From Tubiluchus corallicola (lineage: Eukaryota > Animalia > Priapulida): DNA of 64,000 nucleotides. The notes beneath the pieces were generated by a model. That model searched no databases, was not told the DNA's origin, and saw only the letters and a list, made by a program, of their open reading frames with translations. Location: positions 62,001 to 126,000 of the forward strand of contig JAQGDQ010000414.1 in the NCBI GenBank assembly GCA_030141605.1. Direction: 5' to 3'. Each line of letters opens with the position of its first letter. Within the stretch, counting starts at the first letter, position 1. Both the position numbers and the translations under genes were made by a program. Of the stretch, positions 56,301 to 64,000 are shown piece by piece.

Positions 56301-57536
56301 TCAAATGAGGATGTAACCGATGCTGCTAAATCTGACAAAATCGTGAGTAATATGTCTGGGGACATGCATTATGCATCAGTGGAACAGGACGAATCGCCTT
56401 TGCCGCCTATACCGGATCGCAGCAACATTTCAATTTCTCCAGTTTCAAGCATTCAGTCTCCACCAAATGTCAGCACGGTGCACAAATCCTTCTCTAAATA
56501 TAATCTGAGCAAAGATCTTATGATACGTTTACGGCCACTGTCCCCGGAATGTATAGTTCATCGTGGTGTGAGAGCGACACCACCATCTATGAAAGGCGGC
56601 AATAACAGTAGTGAGAGAGACTTCACTAATGGACAAGATAACAATGGGATGCCAAAAGAAACTGTTTCTACTAGCCCTCGTTCTGGCGTAAAAACTTTTG
56701 TTGGTGACCATGTAAGAAAAGAAGTACATGATAGCCATATTAGCCAGGAAGGTAGTGATGTATTGAATAATAAAAGTAGTGCATCTGACGAGCAAGAAGA
56801 CAATGAAGTGTATAAAGCAGGCAAGCAAAACAAACTTTATGATGTAGAAAAGCGACCTTCTGTGACAATACAACATGAATTGGTTCAAGAAAGCTCAATA
56901 ATTAACACTTCTACTCACATACTGAGAGACGAGAATGAAAGAAATGCATGTGATCAACATATAATAGAAGATGAAGGAGAGGGGAATAGCCGAGGTTCTC
57001 TGTCGGAAACCTTGTTACCTTTTGTTAATGATGCTCTCAGAACTCCATGCACCCAGCAGCAACAACTTGATTTAGGACGACTGGTTGGCAACACAAATGT
57101 ACTGGGTTCTTCTAAATCTCGTCTTGCCGAAAAACTCGGTATCAAAGGCAGTAAACTTTCAAAGCAGAAAGGAAAGACAAAGCCAAAGGGAAATGTGGAT
57201 TCGAAACCTAAACCGGTGCTTTCGGCTTCTCTGACGAAAAGCATCGTGGCTCACTTTTCACGTAGAAAAATATCGAAGGATGCATGGGACACCATCTTTA
57301 AAATGGAACATGCATATTATAGACACCTCTCGCAAGACCTGTTTGCCTTTGCACAACATGCCAGACGACACACCATACAACAGGCCGATATTGAGCTGTT
57401 ATTTCGTAGACAAGGGCATGTAACAGACAATCAGAATTTGAACAGTTTAATAGAATATTATCTTCCAATGGAATACAGAGAAGAACTAATTCCATGTGCT
57501 TTTGCTGGGAACCGAATTTACCCCAAACCTAAGTGA
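53378..57536 (+). CDS. CENPT: Centromere protein T (long disordered N-terminus, C-terminal histone fold), about 722 aa
   Basis: Phase-consistent exons 53378-53489, 53710-53886, 54844-54958 (VTPRSVMGAFL), 55070-55199 and 55902-57536. The C-terminus HFSRRKISKDA...LSQDLFAFAQHARRHTIQQADIELLFRRQG.V....L..LIEYYLPMEYREELIPCA..GN...P matches the CENP-T histone fold. The N-terminal exons are less certain than the last one. Confidence 0.9.
53815..53889 (+). repeat. 39-bp tandem duplication in CENP-T exon 2
   Basis: AATCGGTTTCTGCCAAAAGCTCGCC(A/T)TCAATGGGTG at 53815 and 53854. Confidence 0.9.
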
Positions 57537-57609
57537 AGATTAATGAATAGATGAACTAGAGCATCAGCATGTCTTATGTAGTGTGAAAACGTTATTATTA
57601 TTGTCAGAC

Positions 57610-57615
57610 AATAAA
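57610..57615 (+). terminator. Candidate polyadenylation signal for CENP-T
   Basis: AATAAA 73 nt after the stop codon, followed by T/GT-rich sequence. Confidence 0.6.
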
Positions 57616-59463
57616 GTTTCAAATCTGTGTTAATTTTTAACGTATAGCAGCTTTAAGTAAAAACAACTATTTATGCTAATTTCACTTACAATTCAATTTA
57701 TGTATTAGCCGACTTATATTTTCATTCACGAATGCACTAAATAAGGCCTGCTTGCTTGTTTTAAGTGCCTTAAAGATGAACTTCTTCACAGATAACAGTT
57801 TTAGAAATGGATGTTGAAAGTATGAATAGTAGCAATGAAATAGTATAATGAGTTTTACATGTTAACATATTAACTTGTTTTGTGTTTTTTGTTGTCTCTG
57901 AAAACACTGTTCAAAATATTTCTTTTTCATTGTATCAACTGTCCATTTACATTGTATGTGTTTTGTGGCAGAAAAATGACAGTTTTGTAATAGGGACATA
58001 TTTAGCCATTTTATTTTCATGTAGCATTCCTTCACCGAGTTTTTGTTTTGCTGAAACAGTCAGATTTTTTATTGTTGCAAGACAGTATTAGACTCCTTAC
58101 TATACAGTGTGTAAATAAATTCCTAGTTTGATGTAGGTTACGAGCTATAGCTGCCTTGCTACCTGGCCCCTTGCTACCTGCAAATTTAAGTTTTTTATGG
58201 ACTCCTTTATTAGGGTACATTTGATTGCACATAGCTGCTCATGCTGTTCAATTTTCTGATTAGTCATAAAAGTTGAGCTCTGTAGTTATTGTGGCATTTG
58301 TGGCTATGTGTAGTCTAATATATAACTGTGAAAGACCGTCAATTTTCAAGTTATATGCTAATTAATCCTTACATGTGCTTCATTTCTTAGAATGCTTGTC
58401 ATTATTGATTATTGTTAGCTTTGTAATTGTATAGTTTGTGTGTGTTGTAACTAATTTAACGTACATAAGTATGTGAAATGGTAAAATCAAAACAGCCTTA
58501 AGCTGCTTTGGAATGCTTGTGTTTCAAACGTGTTCCCACCGGACTTCAACGTCCCATATTGTTTCTTGACATTGTTAGTAGCTTAACACATCTTCGAAAT
58601 ATTAATTTTAAAAACACTAAATTATCAGAATTAATGTTCAATTGTAATAGTTCAAGCAGTTTGTTTACAAAAAAATTAACTCGGAAGTTGTGTGAAAGCA
58701 AGTGAGTTATAAGAAAGTTAGTAAAAGTGATGATAGCAATTGAGACAATTGAAAACATGTTTGTTGGGCAAATATATATTATGTCAGCTGCATGTCAATT
58801 ATGCTGACAGATCATATTATTTTGTAAACTAGCAACTCATGAAAACGATTTAGTATAATAAATTTATTAGCATTTTGTGTACGTCTTGAATTTTGTCTGC
58901 TAGTAACCTAGCAAGACGTATACAAGCAATACCGGTATATTATGTATACACTGAATAATACAAACATGAATAGTTTAGTAAACTGTATGATTTACAATGA
59001 AAGTTATCTAACGTTTTTGATATTTCACAACCTGATATTTGGTTCTGTAAACATTTTCTACATTGATTTGTGTATAGTCTCTAAAAATATAAAACTAATT
59101 TACAAATACATTTATATGTACTAAATATAAAAATCTAAATTAGGAAATACAAAACAAGAAGGCTGCACTAGAGATACTGTTTGCTCATCAGTTTGCCTTA
59201 GAAATAGATAAACATAATTACAGACATTTTCGAAAAGCCTGATTGATTTGTGATTAACAATCATTACTTAGCTACCTGAAGAAGCATTTTAATTAATAGC
59301 TTACGTTTACATTGATTTATGCTGCTTTTTGATTTTAGCCACTGAAAGCATTGTACAAAAAGTGTAGATACTTTGAATTCATCACCTGTAACACAGTTTT
59401 GATTGGAAGTAACAACACTTTGCACATTTTTATTATTAAAATAATGCTTTCCTTTGGTACTGT

Positions 59464-59832
59464 CAGGGCCGGATTATGACCTTTTTGGGGCCTCTAGGCT
59501 AATGAAATTATGGAGTCCCTTCACAGATTAAGCCACCCTCTGAGACTCACCTGCCGCCGTCTTGCATATTTTATACTCGCAATTTATTTTTCAGCATTTG
59601 CATAGCTTGAAGTGAACTTATTGCAATTTTTTTAAACTAGAATAGCTGTCTTTTGTTTGTCAATAAAATATTGTTTAAGAATTAAGGCTATTTTACTATT
59701 TATTGCAAACAAAAATTAGCACAACCATATTTCAACAAAACCGTAGTGAAAAAACAGATTGTTTTACCAAATGTTACCAAAGCTTGAGAATATAGGATAT
59801 AGGAACTTAGCCTACAGGATAATCCGGCCTTG
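59464..59832. mobile_element. hAT-superfamily MITE with intact TSD
   Basis: TIRs CAGGGCCGGATTA / TAATCCGGCCTTG flanked by a perfect 8-bp duplication GGTACTGT (59456-59463 and 59833-59840). Confidence 0.88.
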
Positions 59833-60890
59833 GGTACTGTCCTATAAATGTTGAACTGATTTGGATTAAATGTATCAACAAAAGCCAAGAAGTAACTGTA
59901 CATTTATATTATAAACTTAGCATAGCTACTACGATAACTTTTACCCCTTGCTTGTTAATGTCGTGTCATATCATAGTATTTTTTCCTAGTCATATACAAA
60001 CTTTACAGTTATACGTATAAAATGAGGTGAATTAGTTTTGAATTAAGGCAATAGGCCTGTATGTGCAGACCTAAAATATTTACCCTGATGGGTTCTTATA
60101 TGGAGGTATGTAGTGCTACCTGGAGTGCTTTTACAAGCAAAATTGTTGTAACAATAGCAATTATATAGGTATATTATTACAACACTTAAAACGCTTGGAC
60201 AAACAATTCAACTTTCAAATAAACAACAACATATCTAAAATTAGCTGTTTAACATAAATGTTGCCATGTCTAAAATATATAAATTATATAATTATTCTAC
60301 ACAATACACATTAAACAAGATATCTTTAATTTACACATGTGACCAACAGAGTTGCATATAATCATCTATTATTTTTAATTATAACATAACTCAACAGTAC
60401 ATAAAAATTTACTAGATATCAATTATATTACTGTAGTAAAATAATCACATAATAAAGACTCACAGTTTTCTACACATGCATACAATAAACATGCGTACTA
60501 GGGTATTTTTGAAAAACGATTTAAACTGTTTAACGCCAGTGTCTATACACAGACATGCTCATTACTTTTTGCGTAGGTACAATAATATTTGCTTATTTAA
60601 AAACTGTTTATAAAATTATTCAACCTATAAATCTGCATTCTTATAGTCTCATATTCAAGTAGTGTGCCTATGTTTTGTTAAAGATGCAACTGTATTTACA
60701 AAAGGCTTTACTTCAGTTTGGAGCAGGTCCTATTTTTGTTAAAGAAATTGGACACAATGCCTGTTGTCACTAACGTTACGAAATGTATCTCGTGGGCCCT
60801 CCTGACGTAATAAAATACTGACGTCATACATGCATGTACAATAATAACAATCATTTCATTTATATATAATTATTAACAAATAAACAGTCA

Positions 60891-63800
60891 TCACTCGTGA
60901 GAGGTAGCTGTTTCCATAGCAGCAAGTTTATTATCATCTAGGTAGCGCGGGGAGGTAGACTGGCTGTCCTCATCACTGCTTACCAACCCACTTGTTCCTG
61001 GTATCATTCCGCGAAACATTTCCTGCAGTATTAAAAAAGTTTAAATTAGCCGCCTACGTGCGGTTGAGGAAGACGGAAACATAATTAGGGCAAATCAATG
61101 CTAGTCATGACTTACCAGAAAAGCTGGATATGCGTACATATATCGTGTCTACACTGTTACGTTATTCAGATTATTTTCCAGTAAACCGGAAGTATTGCAA
61201 GTATTGATCATTGATTATTATGGCATTTGCATAATGGTAATAGGTTATGACAAAATTCGATGGCAAACAGCACAGCTCCTGGAATGCTCGCGCGTTACTA
61301 CTTATTGAGATACATTTTATAGTGCTCCTGTTAGTTTATCCAGTGTGGTCGAACAGATGGGTGAGGTCGAATTAAATGTGACAAACAAAAGACAAAATAA
61401 TGGTCAATCACTTTGTGGTCATTTCAGTATGATTTACTCCAATAAATCGTATGATCTTTTTGTGACTTATAGACACAAACAAGAGAACACAATTTTTGTT
61501 TTCTGTTCTGTTAAAACAGTACAAAAAGAATTCCCTTAATCACAAAATAAGAATAGAATGGCACTCAGTCAAGGGCAGACCTGAACCAAAGCCTACTATC
61601 TGTAGAGTATAATTTGCTTCTGATGTCATCTCACTAATTATGTGCTAGTTTTGGTGCCGTCTTAGTAAACAGAACATTGGCCTTTCTGAAAGGCTTTAAT
61701 ATTACAGCCTTAATAATATTATTAATATTATCATTAATAACAATCTTAAAGCCATAATAATATTATAATTTAATATTAATGTATTATTAATATTTGTCCT
61801 GTTGGCCAATCAGTATTTGAGCAATTACGTTTCTATTTCTTACTAACGCATACGTGATCGTAATGTTTTCTGTAAATAAAATATTGTTTAAACTAACGGA
61901 ACATTAGCAGTACATCCATGGAAAATAAATATTGTTTTCTCTTGTGGTGTGTCTACGATAGGCTCTTATTTTCTTCTCAAACTACAATTTTTCAGCAGCG
62001 CTCTGTAGAATATGGCCGTACAAGCCTAGCTAATCATTAGATGACCGTTGATTTTCTTTTTCAACATTCATAATCAATCGCTACCAAAATTGAAAGCGTT
62101 TTTCGTTGTCCCATGCCTCACCCCTCCATTAGGTTCAGCAGAAATTGGTAAAGTACTTTTGTGTAATTTTGTTAACAAACAACTGGCGATGAAAACATTT
62201 TAACCGCCTTGGAGAAGGTAAAAAACATCGCAAACCCGACGTTTACTAACAACTTTCTTTTCGTTTTCTGAGGAGTTATTTTTACACTAGAAACAGATGA
62301 AATTTATCTGTACATTTTTAACAAAATCAAATTTATGTATCACCAGCCTAGAGGTTCCATTAAAATTCACATATAACAATTTTGGAATTAAAAATTTTGC
62401 TTTTACCGAAGCTATGTCCACAAGATTCCAAATCAGTGCGAGTTTCTTTTACTGAATAAGTCTAAGAAGCTAACCAATATACGTATGTATAGTATCTTTA
62501 TCTAACCAACAATAGCTGTTGGTGACCCATAACATCATTATTTGTTGACTAAAGACTGACTTACGTGGTTATCCATAGAAGGCGAGGTGCTTGTGTTTAA
62601 GCCTAGCCGAGGGTTTGTCAGCTTGCCCAGTAGTTCTGCAGTGGCCGCACTAGATGCACCTAGTAGACTTTCATAGTTCAAACCAGGAGTTCCGCCATAC
62701 CACATTTTCTGTGCCTAACAAGGAAGACAAAACTGACTGAATTCATATCCGAATTAACGAGTACAACGTCGCTGGCCCTTCATAAATCCCAAGGTATAAT
62801 ATAATATAATATAATATAATATAATATAATATAATATAATGTAATGTAATGTAATGTAATGTAATGTAATGTAATGTAATGTAATGTAATGTAATGTAAT
62901 GTAATGTAATGTAATGTAATGTAAGGTAACGTAATGTAATGTAACGTAACGTAACATAATATAATATAATACATACATTCGCGCTATAATACCTAAATGC
63001 CTGTCTATCCCGAAAGTTTGAAATTTCGTTACTCTGCGTATTATATTTTTGTTCAATGTTATTCAATGTTACAACTTACGAGACGAGGTCGTTTGTCCTA
63101 ATTTTTTTCATTTTGACTCCTGTCTTAACAAACAAGCCTAACTTTTTTATTCACATTCTAAACCTGCACATTTGTATGTGTAGATATTTTTATTTTTATC
63201 GCTTAACGCTGTGGTTCTTCATCAGACTTAGACTAATTGTTTACTTTCTTGAGATGTTTTCTGAGTCAAATATGACGTAAATTGTTTACATTTCTTTACA
63301 ATTTCTTCTAGTTATATCACATTTATTTTGACAATAATTTTTATAATTCAACTCTTTTGATTTGTAATACCATTTTTGTATTAGTATTTTAGTATCATCA
63401 ATGTATTAATTATTCCTTTTTGTTTTGATCTATAGTATTGACTATGACTGTTGCAGTCGAAACGATCAACTACGCCAAGTAAACATGTTGATTCCTAGAG
63501 GCTGACTCTGTCACGCGTGGAATCATATGTTTTTACGTTTGAGTTTTTTTGGCGGTTTGGCGTGATAAAATAGGACTATTTATTTTAATGTCATGAAATG
63601 TGACATCTATTTCAAACAGACGTTCCTACTCGTAATGATACTAGAAATGAATTATCTCACTGTTGACGTCATAGATATACCTTATATCTAGCTGCAGCAG
63701 CCGCGGATCTTTGGTCGTAAGTAGGTGGTGACGTCACCACATCTTGCCGGCGCTGACGCATTAGCATCTTGTACTCGGATATTCGTAGCTTCTTGCCGTC

Positions 63801-63934
63801 CACAATGCACGTGCGCTTTGGTCTGGGACGATATCTGTAGTCTGGATGTTGTTCCATGTGTATTTTACTCAGTCTAGATTGCTCCTCATAAAATGGTTGT
63901 TTTTCACTGTTCGACATCGCTTTCCATCGGGCAC
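60891..63934 (-). CDS. SoxD: SoxD-group HMG-box transcription factor (Sox5/6/13-like), last three exons; 5' part beyond the window
   Basis: Exon 63681-63934 reads [56 protein letters not shown] (SoxD-specific tail), then in-phase exons 62565-62714 and 60891-61022 ending in TGA. Confidence 0.92.
62796..62970. repeat. Compound pentanucleotide microsatellite
   Basis: (ATAAT)n-(GTAAT)n-(GTAAC)n-(ATAAT)n in a SoxD intron. Confidence 0.97.
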
Positions 63935-64000
63935 CTGAATGACGTTATAATGTTATGAAATGTCAATGTGTGAATTGTAGAGCCTATCATACCTTTTCTG

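Noticed and set aside
62743-63066. ORFs with repeated [10 protein letters not shown]
   Set aside because: These are translations of the pentanucleotide microsatellite.

Overview
AT-rich genomic DNA from an invertebrate animal with GT-AG spliceosomal introns; the phylum cannot be determined from this window. By manual exon chaining I reconstruct six genes. On the minus strand: MYRF (23 exons, 37003 to <1, 3' end off the window), a CCDC74-like gene (7 coding exons, 46220 to 38257) and the last three exons of a SoxD gene (63934 to 60891). On the plus strand: a compact run of CENP-X (intronless), Lines/LINS1 (intronless) and CENP-T (5 exons), with only 432 bp and 292 bp between their CDSs. The best lead is this trio. 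It places two subunits of the same CENP-T-W-S-X kinetochore complex within about 7 kb, with splice-acceptor-like sites in front of the genes and a canonical AATAAA only after the last one. It may be a eukaryotic operon or polycistronic unit, head-to-head with a CCDC74-like spindle gene. Introns carry non-autonomous DNA transposons (hAT-like with an 8-bp TSD, Kolobok-like with TTAA), a foldback element, tRNA-derived SINE heads, LINE remnants and microsatellites. Family assignments come from my recall of conserved motifs; no database searches were run.
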